NCBI RefSeq assembly: GCF_006345805.1
Contig: NC_042997.1
Coordinates: forward strand, 154,504,001 to 154,568,000
DNA: 64,000 nucleotides
Reading direction: 5' to 3'
From: Octopus sinensis
Taxonomy: Eukaryota
Positions 1 to 12,227 of this stretch are shown in pieces (the stretch's first letter is position 1; each line of letters begins with the position of its first letter). The translations under genes and the position numbers were made by a program. The notes below the pieces were generated by a model. That model was given only the letters and a program-made list of their open reading frames with translations, did not search any database and was not told the origin of the DNA.

Positions 1-402
1 TTTAAATAAAAAATCAAATTCATTCCATTACACTTCGAATGTAAATCGTGAAGTTTCTAATTAAGTGCTGCTGGCATCTCATTTCAATTCGATTACGTAC
101 ACAGAGAAAAAATAGGCTTCTAACATTAACTAGATTTGGATTTAAGTAAACTGGCAGAAGGAAATGGGAAGTTGAGAAGTTCATTTTGTCTTCGAGAAAA
201 AGAAAATTAGCTGTTTCTGTGCTGTTTAGCCACAGGTAAGCTTGATGGAGCAATCCTCTAATCAAAAGCAATCCGTTAACGACTTCATCTTTTTACAAAT
301 GACTATATATAATGCTCTTAAAACGATATGATATAACTAGAGGGAGAATTTGGTTGAATCTCCTTCTAGTAGGGCGAGCGACTACGTACAGGCCCTCTTG
401 TA

Positions 403-495
<93 letters not shown>

Positions 496-545
496 GTCTG
501 TCTGTCTGTCTACCTGTCTGTCTATCTGACTGACTGTCTGACTGT
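403..545. repeat. (CTAT)n/(CTGT)n tetranucleotide microsatellite
   Basis: Direct reading; source of the IYLS ORF 312..533. Confidence 0.95.
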
Positions 546-556
546 CTATACACACA

Positions 557-768
557 CGAGAAGGTGCTGAAGAGTCCCTGGTTTTGGGTAAAAAAATACA
601 GGCGAATCGATTAATTATATTATTCAATATATTCCCCTTCCAGATCACACACTTATTGCAACCGTCCTTCAATTATTCTAAGCCCTGTAAAAGAACTCGG
701 AAGGTTGGGGTCTCCAACTAGGCCTTTCGGGATACCCTTAGAGCCAGGAACTATTCAGCACTCCCTCG
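557..768 (-). mobile_element. Mariner-derived MITE (~215 bp), copy 1
   Basis: Imperfect TIRs cgagaaggtgctgaagagtccctgg / ccaggaactattcagcactccctcg; homologous to 14683-14890 and 36180-36397. Confidence 0.7.
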
Positions 769-877
769 TGTTAGAACACCTACATTGCTAGAAATAAAAG
801 CTAACAAGCTCTAATGTTTTAACTACAGCATTAGAACTTTTTAGCTCTTATTTCGAGCAATGTAGGAGTTCTAACAC
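768..877. repeat. ~110-bp inverted repeat (hairpin)
   Basis: Left arm gtgttagaacacctacattgctagaaataaaagctaa...ctctaatg pairs with right arm cattagaac...ttagctcttatttcgagcaatgtaggagttctaacac; loop ~12 nt. Confidence 0.85.
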
Positions 878-896
878 CTAAGTCATATTTAGTGAG

Positions 897-972
<76 letters not shown>

Positions 973-1164
973 GTACACATGAATATGTATATGTATGTAT
1001 GTAAGTCTGTGTATTATATGTGTGTTTGTGTGTGTGTAAATATTAGCAGGTGTTGCAACAATTCCTTATCAAAAGTATTCCAGTCATGATCATCTTTTTA
1101 TTTTCTTCTTTCAGTTATTATGTATCTAAGACTACATTCATGTAGTGCCAATGGCATCCAAGCT

Positions 1165-1620
1165 GCTAATTTAGATGAGGAATTGCAGATAATCTGGCTT
1201 CCAAGCCAAAGTCTTCGCCGTTGAAGCGGGATTGAGTGTAGTTAGGGTAAATTTGCCTGCTATCTGAGAAAGAGAACCAGAGCTCTAAAGGTGATGGCAG
1301 AAGCAGCCAAAAAAGAGTTCCAACAATGGATCTGGTGAAGGAGGAATGAGAGTGAACTCCAGAAGGTATAATTGACCCCATATTCAACTGGCGTGTAGGC
1401 CTGCAGCGGTTACAACATCCACAGTATCTTGATCCTAGGGTACCTTGAATACCCAGAGAGATGCAGGGTGAAATGAGAACAGATGAACAGAGTGTAGCAG
1501 CGGAAGAGTATACAGGAGGGGTGATCTGGATGCGGTCCGACCACCTTAGAGTGTTAAGAGTTAAGGACCGCAGTACTTGCATGAAGGTTCTCCTTCGCTG
1601 AAGAGCTATTCAGCTCCGCC
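1165..1620 (+). mobile_element. 3' fragment of an RLE-type non-LTR retrotransposon (HERO-like), decayed
   Basis: Frameshifted translation NCR*SGFQAKVFAVEAG...RKRTRALKVMAEAAKKEFQQWIW*RR resembles the HERO C-terminus (GW.A...PVEVG...EAAE..S.WLW.KR); followed by a presumptive 3' UTR. Confidence 0.55.
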
Positions 1621-1837
1621 TAGACTTTCTTATCACCTTATAACGAAAGGAACACTATTTTGCATCTAACTATACGCCAACATGATGGTTGCTATTTTTA
1701 GCAGATCAGTTGACCACGCTCAAACACTTTTGGCTGTTTTATTTTTTCTCTCTCTCTGTAAACAAATTAAGAAAATGGGGTGACGATGCTGGTGATCGTG
1801 GTGTTGGTGTCGGTGGAGTCGTTGTTGTTGCTGTTTG

Positions 1838-1869
<32 letters not shown>

Positions 1870-2416
1870 GTGGTGGATGGTAGAATCAGTAGAACGCCGA
1901 ACAAAAACAAAAATAAATTAATTAAATCCCATCGCCCTCTGGTATTTGTTTACGTCTCTTTAATAACTCAGTTCGAATCCTCAGATCTACGCTAACTTCC
2001 ATTCTTTCGAAACCGATAAAGCAAGATTCAGACAAGTACTTGTGTTTATCCAATCAACTAAAAACCCTTGAAGCAGGTGTCCCTGCAAGACCACAGTCCA
2101 CTGAATGGAATCAGTAAAAGAATGACTGCATAAAAGAATGTAAAGGTAACGAAATTCTTTTATTGTTTACCGCTAAGATGTGGAATAATAATGAATAAAA
2201 TAAGGACAGAGAGAGAGAGAGAGGAAGGAAACTGAAAAGAAAATGCCATACAAGTTATGATGCACATTGGACACTGTACGAGAGGAAGGCATGACACAAG
2301 TAAAATACTTCCAAAAGTGTAATTTCCTTTCACTGCAAGCAATTAGTATCAGATAGATAAGTTGATTTAATATTTGTAAGTACACACACATACATGTATA
2401 CATATACGTATATATG

Positions 2417-2447
<31 letters not shown>

Positions 2448-3104
2448 CTATACATAGGTTTGTATAGATATGTGTATAAGTATATGTGTTTGTATGTATG
2501 TATCATGATAAGAATCACTCTCTCAGGGGAGATGACGAAGTCATCAACAGATCTTAGCTTGCCAACCAGATACGATGCTATCAAGTGTTCTCCTTGGTGC
2601 ATAATCAATAGATTTCACCTGTCTCCCAGGAACGAATCCGTTAAAGATAGATTCATTGGATAGCTTCAGCAACAAGTAAAGGAAATGACAATCATAATCA
2701 CGATGTTAGGTGGTGGTGGTGATGGTGGTGATAGTGGTGGTGGTGGTGGAGGCGCTGAGGTGTCGGTGGTAATGAGAATTGAATTGGAAGAGGATGAAAT
2801 GATATATTGCTTCTTCTTTGAGCTATCACGGAAACTATAAGTCTCGCAATCTTTGGCACTAATGGCACCTTATTTCGGGGAAATACTGCAAATGGTTCTA
2901 TCTTTAGATTTAATCTAAGTCTTTAGTCTTCTGTTTCACCATGAGATTCCCTATTTAACTATACGTTTAACTTCCAAGTCCCACAGTTTAAGAGATTTAT
3001 ACTTCCTAAAATTACCAATATAAATTTATCTAACCTCCTTTTCTTTCACCGTCTCTTCACACACGCTTACACACTCACCTCTCACACACATATACATTTG
3101 GCCA

Positions 3105-3126
3105 TCCATCCATCCATCCATCCATC

Positions 3127-3215
<89 letters not shown>

Positions 3216-3430
3216 CGTACACACACACATATTTATTCATCCATCCTTCCGTCCGTCGGTCTGCCAGCCTTTCTGCCTGTCTGCCTGTCTACCTCTGTCA
3301 GTCTGTCTGTCTGTCTGTCTATCTTCGTCTCTCTCACTTCTCTCGCTCTCTCCCTCTCACTTCTCTTCCTCTCACTTCTCTCCCTCTCACTTCTCTTACT
3401 CTCACTTCTCCCCCCTTCTCTCTCTCTTTT
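3105..3430. repeat. Compound microsatellite (CCAT)n-(CTAT)n-(CTGT)n plus 15-bp ctctcacttctctcc repeats
   Basis: Direct reading. Confidence 0.9.
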
Positions 3431-4315
3431 AATCTACGTATAGATATATGGTGGAAGTCAGTTCGTGTCTACGTGTGACAATTTGGGAAGATATAAACTT
3501 CTTGAACTTACTATATTCGTTTACAAAGTGAGGGAGCAGCATAGGATTGCAGGCTAGTTCCAGAATTAGGCGAGATTTGTTTAGACAATCTTTTCTTGAT
3601 CCTTTCTGATGAACATATGAACTGTACTACCTTAAGAAAGAGCTGCTCCTCGCTATAGTTTGGAAAGAAGCGACCAATAAACCAAGACACCAACGTGCAG
3701 ATTTGAAATTACATACCTAAGATCATAGTTCTCTGTTCCATCACTCCTCATAACCTCGGGGCTTTTTGCATTGTGCATTTTCCATGTGTGAAATTAAGCA
3801 CAATGAGTAAAGCATGCACAGAAATGCACACACGGAGAGATAAGTATGGCTGAATTGGATCTTGGAGAAATAATGCAAATCCTTCACTCATATGCTACAT
3901 TTGATCATATGCTACATTGGATTATAAAAAAGATGCAAGACCTTCACAACCTTGCTACCAAATCGGTGGCCGGTCAAAATTTACTCAAAAATTAGAAAGA
4001 GAAAGAGAACATACATACATAAATACATACAAAATAAAAATTTAACACTGCCTAAATACTAATCTTGAGAAAGTAGGCTACTCAAAACCAGAAAAGAGAA
4101 AACTGATTCGAAGACTACAGATCCACGCCATGACTAGAACTGCAAAAATCTGTAAAACTTTTCAGAAGTTTATCATTTAAATATATACGGGCATATTTAG
4201 ACATGTAACTATATGCATGAGAATATATACATAAAATAAAACATACAAATCTGCACATATACATACATACATACATACATACATACATACATGCATACAT
4301 ACATACATACATGCA

Positions 4316-4420
4316 AAATGCCCTGTTGATGTTGTTGAAATTACAATGAAGGAGCCTTGGATCTATGTTAGAAACCGGCTCTCTATTAGCAAGAAATCTT
4401 GACGTATAACTGAATAATTA
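4316..4420 (+). mobile_element. Short Penelope-like repeat fragment inside (TACA)n
   Basis: caatgaag-gagccttggatctatgtta-gaaaccgg resembles a decayed minimal hammerhead of PLE pLTRs; flanked by (TACA)n on both sides. Confidence 0.3.
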
Positions 4421-5284
4421 CATACATATATACATACATACATACATATTAACACACACACGTATGTATGTGCGTACATATATATATATATATACACAAC
4501 CACATATCAGGTCATTTAATTTTTTATCTGTTGCAAACATTTTTTATAAAATTATTATCATTTTCCCTCCCTTCTTCCACAGAAAAATAACACAAATTTA
4601 GATTTTCGTTCAGGAATCTTACCCTCAGATTTTTTTCTTATATTCATATTTCTCTGAATTGAATTCAGGACATTTCTAAATTCTCAGTTGCTATATGATG
4701 TCATTAGTTACAAGCTGAAAATAGTCTGTAATTAGTTTTTCTTTTTCCATTTGTTATCACTTAGTGTGCGGAAGAAGAAAAGTAACAACTATAACCTTTT
4801 GAAAACTCTACTAATCAGTGGAATACAAAGTGTTGGGGAAATAGGGAAGTTAGTGCACTAAATTTAGTTTGAAATAAATCAGACAAGGAATAATGTGCAA
4901 TAAAAGTGTAGATTGTTTAGAAATACTGAGAGAGTATATAGCAAATATATTTTTAAAGCTGGCATAAAAAATAAATCCCCCACCCCCATATATGTATGTT
5001 AATATATAACGGTAAGATCTAAGAATCAAGTTGTAGCTTAGCAGATTACCCCTCGTTTGGGTAGTTACTACTTCCGAGGTGGTGCTAGCTATTTTACATA
5101 TGTAGCCTGGATTTATATATATATATATATATATATAAGTATAAATACATGCATATATATGCATATGCATTTATGTATATATATATATCTGTGTATAGGT
5201 GTGTATTTGTAGATATATATATATATATATATATACATACATACATACATACATAACATAACATAACATATATATATATATATA

Positions 5285-5470
5285 GTTGGAATGTACAAAA
5301 AAAGACGAAGACAGGTGTGTGTAAACAACAAACGGGTGTATTAGTCTAACGCACGTGAAGGTGAGAAAGTCTTTTACGTTTCGAGCCTACGCTCTTCAAC
5401 AGAAAGGAACATGGGAAAATAAACAGAGAGAGAATTTAAAAAAATCTTCAGTAGCTAGCGGTCAATCATA
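5285..5470 (-). mobile_element. Penelope-like pLTR fragment with minimal hammerhead-like motif, copy 1
   Basis: Minus strand 5406-5371 reads cttt-CTGTTGA-a-gagc-gtag-gctc-GAAACGTA-aaag; second copy at 53640-53770. Confidence 0.6.
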
Positions 5471-5473
5471 TAT

Positions 5474-5554
<81 letters not shown>

Positions 5555-5559
5555 TTATG

Positions 5560-5631
5560 GAGAAAAATAAATTAAATATCACAGCTTGGTTTTGATATAC
5601 GAAATATATATAATTTTATATGTGTGTATAT

Positions 5632-5720
<89 letters not shown>

Positions 5721-5940
5721 GTGTGTACATGCAAACAAAAAGAAAGCAAAGACCAAAGACTTTCAGAAGATGAATATTTAAGTATAAATATATAGATATT
5801 TATATATTAATAAATCAAACTTACAGAGAGTCATCGTCTGGAAATCTTCAATCTTTGCTTTCTTTCTGTTTGCAAGTATATACATTTATATATTTTTCGT
5901 ATATCATGCCCAAGCTGTTATATTTAATTTGTTTATCCAC
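5560..5940. repeat. Foldback inverted repeat with a microsatellite inside the left arm
   Basis: 5730-5773 pairs with 5831-5874 (tgcaaacaaaaagaaagcaaaga / tctttgctttctttctgtttgca); ~5568-5610 pairs with ~5890-5930. Confidence 0.75.
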
Positions 5941-6071
5941 ACAACTGCCTCCTGGTCATTCGGAAAGACATCGCAGTCTAAGTTCGAATCATGAGAACGT
6001 CACTAAGTGTTATTTATACCGAGAATCTGTGGATCACATCTGTTGAATATATATGTATCTATCTATCTGTC

Positions 6072-6138
<67 letters not shown>

Positions 6139-6293
6139 CTGTATATATACATATATATTTATATATATAAAAGTGATAGTATTATATATACAAATCGTTA
6201 AGTTATTGTTAACAAAAAGATAGTGAAATTAAAATTGGAATTAGAAATACTGACGTTGTATTAGGTCAATGACAATTATTTTGATAAGGTTAC

Positions 6294-6429
6294 CAAACAC
6301 AGGAAATAATTCTGGGAGTTTAGACTTCATAAGCGATGCATAGATTTCACTGAACTGTTGTTGAATTTTCAACAGTGATATACCACAAGACGATAAAATA
6401 GATAAGCCATCACCAAAGTACTCTATTTC
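6294..6429 (-). CDS. Candidate internal exon of an unidentified gene (EIEYFGDGLSILSSCGISLLKIQQQFSEIYASLMKSKLPELFPVF)
   Basis: Branch-like ctaat and gtctgtttcctttcag acceptor; 136-nt exon open only in phase 0; G|GTAACC donor. No homology recognised. Confidence 0.25.
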
Positions 6430-6789
6430 CTGAAAGGAAACAGACATTAGATTATGTTTTCTACGAAAAATTCTCAGAATTGAGTTTCTCTTAAAGGTTA
6501 TCCCGACTACAAACTATAATATATAGATGATAGATTTCATAGATCACCTTGTTTAACACCACCGCTTAGTCTTTGGTTGTGGCTAAAAATGTCTCCAAAC
6601 TGTAGCAAGCATTTGGGCCGGATACCTAGGATTTCAGGGAGAAGGGGTGGTGGCCAAAATGATATCCAGTCGAGGCTGGCTGTCGAAGATTTCCTGTCCA
6701 TTCAGTATGGAGAACGTATACAGACATTAGCATAAGTAGAAAAGAGAGAAAGGCAGCAGAAAGAGCTTTTTGTTTTTTAGGGAGCAAGT

Positions 6790-6849
<60 letters not shown>

Positions 6850-7074
6850 AAGAAAGAGAGAGAAAGGCAAGAGAGAGAATTATTAAGTTGGAAACAAAGA
6901 AGAAAGGATGAGCCGTGATTTAACATCCGGTGGTGACCTATCAACGGGAGGATGTTGTGACTCAGGGTCGAGACACACAACATCCGTTGGGTATTTCTGA
7001 CAACATCAGTCAATTCCGCCTTTGTCAAAATTACTTGGAGAAAAGGAGAAGCATCTTCTCTTACATGTAATCAA

Positions 7075-7640
<566 letters not shown>

Positions 7641-7779
7641 AAAAGGCTTGACTGAAACATCATGACGGTTTGAATAAGTTACGGTTGTTTGATCAAATTG
7701 TATTTGTTATACATCTGTTATTCTTTTCAGTTAGCAAAAATTAATATATTTATGCCTACAAGTATGACTTATACGTCGT

Positions 7780-8480
7780 TATGAAATTTTTGAAGGCTAG
7801 TTGCAAAATTGTGCATTATATATTATTATTATAAGCATGATACAAGTTCAAATCCCGGCGATATCAGCTTTGCCTTTCATTTTGCTTCTGGACCGATAAA
7901 ATAATGTACCAGACTAATACTGGGTTAAATGGTATCGACTACTCTACAGTAGTCGATACGCAAAACTGCCCTCAGAACTGTTAACCTTATCTCGAAATCG
8001 GAAACAGTTTAAGCCAGAAGCCACTACTATAATCATGATAAGGCGGTGAGATGGCAGAATCATTAACACACCGCAGAAAATGCTTAGCGGCATTATTCCG
8101 TCTTTACGATCTGAGTTCGGATTCTGACTTTGCTTTTCATCATTTCGGGGTCGATAAAATAAGTACTAGTTGAGCATTGGAGTCAGTGAAACCAACTTAA
8201 CCCCCTCTCTAAAATTGCTGGTCTGGTGCCAAAATTTGAAATCATTATTACAATCAAGCTAAAGGCGGTGAAATGGCCGAGTCGTTAACAAGTGGAACAA
8301 AATGCTTAGCAGCATTTCTTCCGGTTGAGTTCTGAGCCTAAATTCTCCTGAGGTCAGCTTTACTTTTTATATTTTGGGTGTCGATAAAATAAGTAACAGT
8401 CGAATTCTGAGGTCGATATAATTGTCTACCCTCTTCTCTCAAATTTTTAGGCTTTTTGCCTATAGTAGAAAAGATTATTG
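7780..8480 (+). mobile_element. Head-to-tail array of three tRNA-derived Deu/Nin-domain SINEs
   Basis: Head aaggcggtgagatggcagaatc; B-box-like gagttc; core tgcttttcatcatttcggggtcgataaaataagtac recurs three times with divergence. Confidence 0.8.
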
Positions 8481-9279
8481 TAATCATTGCAATTTGTTCT
8501 CTGCCATCGACTTTTTAAATCACGAATTGCAAATATTGTTAGCTCAGCTAATAAAGACAACAGTCAATTATTTGCTTCTTTTCTCTTGCGTAGCTGAATC
8601 TTTGTTGAAATACGAATTTTACGTCAATTGAATAAAGTGTTTACAATACATCTATTTTTGTATTTGATATACCATTTCTGTAAACCATTAACGCCTTCTT
8701 TTCGTAAAATTTTGTAGTCCACTTTATATTATTTAATGGTTCGTTGAAGAACAAATTAAACGGTTTGCTGAATAAAAAAAAAGAAAAAAAGTAAGTGATT
8801 AGCTACACAGCAATTTTATGGCTATGTCATATTGTTGTCTCTGAATTACTTTCATATGGCAAGGAAAAATAAGAATTTCAAAAGGCTATCTGTACATAAG
8901 GGAATTTAAAATAGGTTGTGTCAAAGTCAACTTTTCCTTCATGCCATGGGAAAATAATTCACTTTCTTTTCAGTTTCCCTATCTTAGATATACGTATTTA
9001 CATTTTGAGCTTAAATTAGCCACTGCATAAAACAGTTCTACAGTGTCATCACATCTTTTTATTCAACTCTGTTTACACATGTCATCCTCAAATAGTTGAC
9101 ATTAAACACATCAGCCAGTCACAGATTAATTATTTGATGTACATTTTACTATTCATGAGAACGGATAAAATTGCATGCAGAATTTTAGCTTAAGGAATTT
9201 GTAGCTCAACACCAGAACCACACATTTTTTAGTAGAAGAATGTAGACAGTTGTATCGAGTCTTGGTATGTTACTAACAA

Positions 9280-9629
9280 TCCTAATTTTCTAAATTTAGG
9301 AGGTGTGAGAGGCGGGATTATAAACCAGGCCGGATACAGCAGAATGCCATATTGATATTTCGTTCGATGCGCTACTAATTCTGCTATCTACATACCATAA
9401 TATTTTCTAAGATAGGTACAAAGCCAAGTATTTAAAGGCACGAGGAACAGTTGATTATGTCGACATAATATTTGACTGGCACCTTATTTTATCGAATCTG
9501 TAAAGTTGAAAGATTGAGTTGACATCGATGAGAATTTAACTCAGAACTTAAAGAAACATAATTAAATACTTCAGGGTATTTTAATCGCGGTTTTGAAAAT
9601 TTTGTCTATTTACTGTCCTCAACAAATCC

Positions 9630-9671
<42 letters not shown>

Positions 9672-9850
9672 CCTTTTTACTATTGGCACAAGGCCTAAAA
9701 TTTTGTGGGAGGGGGCCTAGCCCATTACGTCGATCCCAGATCTTGACGCGTACTTATTTCATCGACTCTTAAAGGACGAAAGGCAAAGTCAACCTCGGTC
9801 ACACTTGAACACAGAACGTAAAGAGAGACGAAATGCCGCTAAACCTTTTA
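9280..9850 (-). mobile_element. Decayed Deu/Nin-type SINE copies with an (AAT)n tract
   Basis: Reverse complement of the core (tacttatttcatcgac...gaaaggcaaagtcaacctcgg). Confidence 0.7.
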
Positions 9851-9859
9851 GAGTCACAA

Positions 9860-10400
9860 GTGCTTCTCGAGCTATGCTTTCCCTCCGCCTGGACCACATG
9901 GCCCTTCTGCATTTACCACCCATGCATAATCAACTACAAACCAGATTACCAGCAAGGTGTCGATGTCGCTACAAATGTCACTCACTGGCAATCTTGTGTT
10001 TCACTGGTCCATATACGCAGAACATGCATAACGGCCATTATATTTGCTTGCAATTTTGTCTTGCTCACGGGCCCAAAAAGCATTCCAGCCAGAGCATAAG
10101 CGTACGAGATCTGCCTCGTTCAACGAACACGATAAGGTCTCACACGTCGATTAGAGCCTCGTTCAATATATTCTTAGAGGGCACATAAAGCATCCACTCC
10201 TCTTTGGGTTGAATGAATATGTCAATTTCCTTATTCCTCGTTCTTGGAAAGACACATCCCTACCAAAGAATTTTCTTACTGTCTGCGACATTTGCACAGT
10301 TGCGTGTTATTGTCATTATTGTTAAGCAATTTGACAAAATCGCTTTCATTCACATTGTAAACCACACTGCTTTGTTTTACGATATTTTCGTCCATTTTAT
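9860..10400 (-). mobile_element. Decayed MuDR/Mutator-like transposase N-terminal fragment
   Basis: With stops and a frameshift: SLVGMCLSKNEE...RRVRPYRVR / LCSGWNAFWAREQDKIASKYNGRYACSAYMDQ*NTRLPVSDICSDIDTLL. This follows the order of the MuDR DBD motifs (VGM.F.sKEE, RPYRV, C...W..WAR, KYNGPHTC). Confidence 0.4.
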
Positions 10401-10679
10401 TCTTTCTTGATTTACGCATATTTCATGCAGTTTTCAATGATTTTGTTTGCTCTTTCGGGGTATGGGAGTGTTTGTTTGCTGACATTTTGTGTTGAATGTC
10501 AGCTAACAGAAACAAAAGTTGTGTCCGAATTTTAATCAAAACTAAAGAACCTCAAATAAACTGACACACAAAATGTCATTCAATTCCAGGGGAAAAAAAT
10601 CATAGCGTAACACAGAGACGAAATCACTGTGAAGCACGTCTCCTTATGGCAAAATCCAACAGCAGCAATAACAATAGTT

Positions 10680-11720
10680 TCTCAATTAGAAACAGGGCCA
10701 ATCCTTTTTAAGAGAAGGGGTTTTAGTCGATGCAACTTTTCTCAGTCCTCGATTAATAGTTTATTTTATAAACCCAGAAAAGATGGAAAGCAAAGTTAGC
10801 TTCGAAAGTATTTGAATCCAGAACGAAAAGTACTGGAGCAAGTACTGCAATGCACTATTTCAGGCACTAACGATTCTGTTTGTTTCTTGCTTAAATGATA
10901 AGGGTTTTTAAATTAGGCACACGGCCAGAAATTTTGAGCGGCGAGTTTTGGTTGGTACCACCGAATTCGGAAGTATTTGAACCCAGAACGAAAAGTGCTG
11001 GAGCAAGTACCGCAAAGGACTTTTCAAACATTCTGACGATTTTGTTAGCTCATTGCTTAAATAATGCTTTTTGATTTAGGCCAGAAATTTTCTGTGGCGA
11101 GTACTGGTCGGTACCACTGATCTCAGGACTTGACGGCTATTTTATTTTGTTGACCCCAAAAGGATAAAAAGCAAAACTGACCTTGGCGGGATTTGAACTC
11201 GGAATATAATAAGCACAGCAGCAACAGAAACAGCAGTAGCAGCAGTAAAAACAATAACACCAATAGTAATGATAATAACTACGACCTTGGGAATAATTAT
11301 GATGATGGCAATATAATAATCATCATGATTATTTTAAAGAATGACTGAAGGCCGTAAATTTATAGAAGGAATATAGTCGATTAAATCGGTTCAGTATATT
11401 ACTGGTACTATTCCATCAAGATCGGAAGTATGAAAGGAAAAGTCAGACCCGATTATATATGAATTCAAAACATGAAAGAATGTAATAAATTCCTCAAAGA
11501 ACTTTTCAGCTTTCTACTAGCAGAACGCCGCCACCATCGAATAATAAGAATAATGATTTTAGTAATGATCGGATAGGTGAGATAATCGATTAAATCGACT
11601 CAGAACTTGGCAGGCATTTAATTGATTGACACAAAAGGAAAGAAAAGCGAAATCGATTTCTGGAGGATTTTAAGTCAGAAAGTAAAGAGAAATAATTAAA
11701 TGAGGCAAGGTATTTTCTCC
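10680..11720 (-). mobile_element. Cluster of old Deu/Nin-type SINE remnants including a ~166-bp local tandem duplication
   Basis: aagtatttgaa(t/c)ccagaacgaaaagt(a/g)ctggagcaagtac occurs at ~10806 and ~10972. Confidence 0.6.
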
Positions 11721-12193
11721 GTTTGCCGGCCTCCTCTCACACATTAACGCTATGCGTTCACGAAATCTTGCGTTAGCATGAAGTTCTGTAACACAAAATG
11801 TATTTTTTCCTCTTTGACTTTCATACTCGTTGACTTTTGTGCTACAAGGAAATCAACAAAGAGGTTCCGCTCTACGGAACCCTGTTTTACGGCAAAAATT
11901 CTCAGAAATACAACTCCTGAGCTTTTTACGCTTGCATCTCTAATGCCTTTTGGAAAAGCATGAATGTCACAACATCGAAATCACTTCCATTATAATTCAG
12001 TATCAAACCTCTAATTAAAAATAAAATTATCAGTCATTTTATTTTATAATAAAATTTATGACGTAAACAGACTTTTTCTATGATTACAGGTTTTCCTTTA
12101 TCCAGGTTCACAGGATATATCAAATATACCACATCTGTTGATATACACCTATACTGATCTTATTAATATAATGTATTTTACTGCAAGAAGTAT

Positions 12194-12227
<34 letters not shown>

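Noticed and set aside
3450-4000. Possible RTE LINE remnant (LLLAIVWKEATN)
   Set aside because: Too degraded to support from one short motif.
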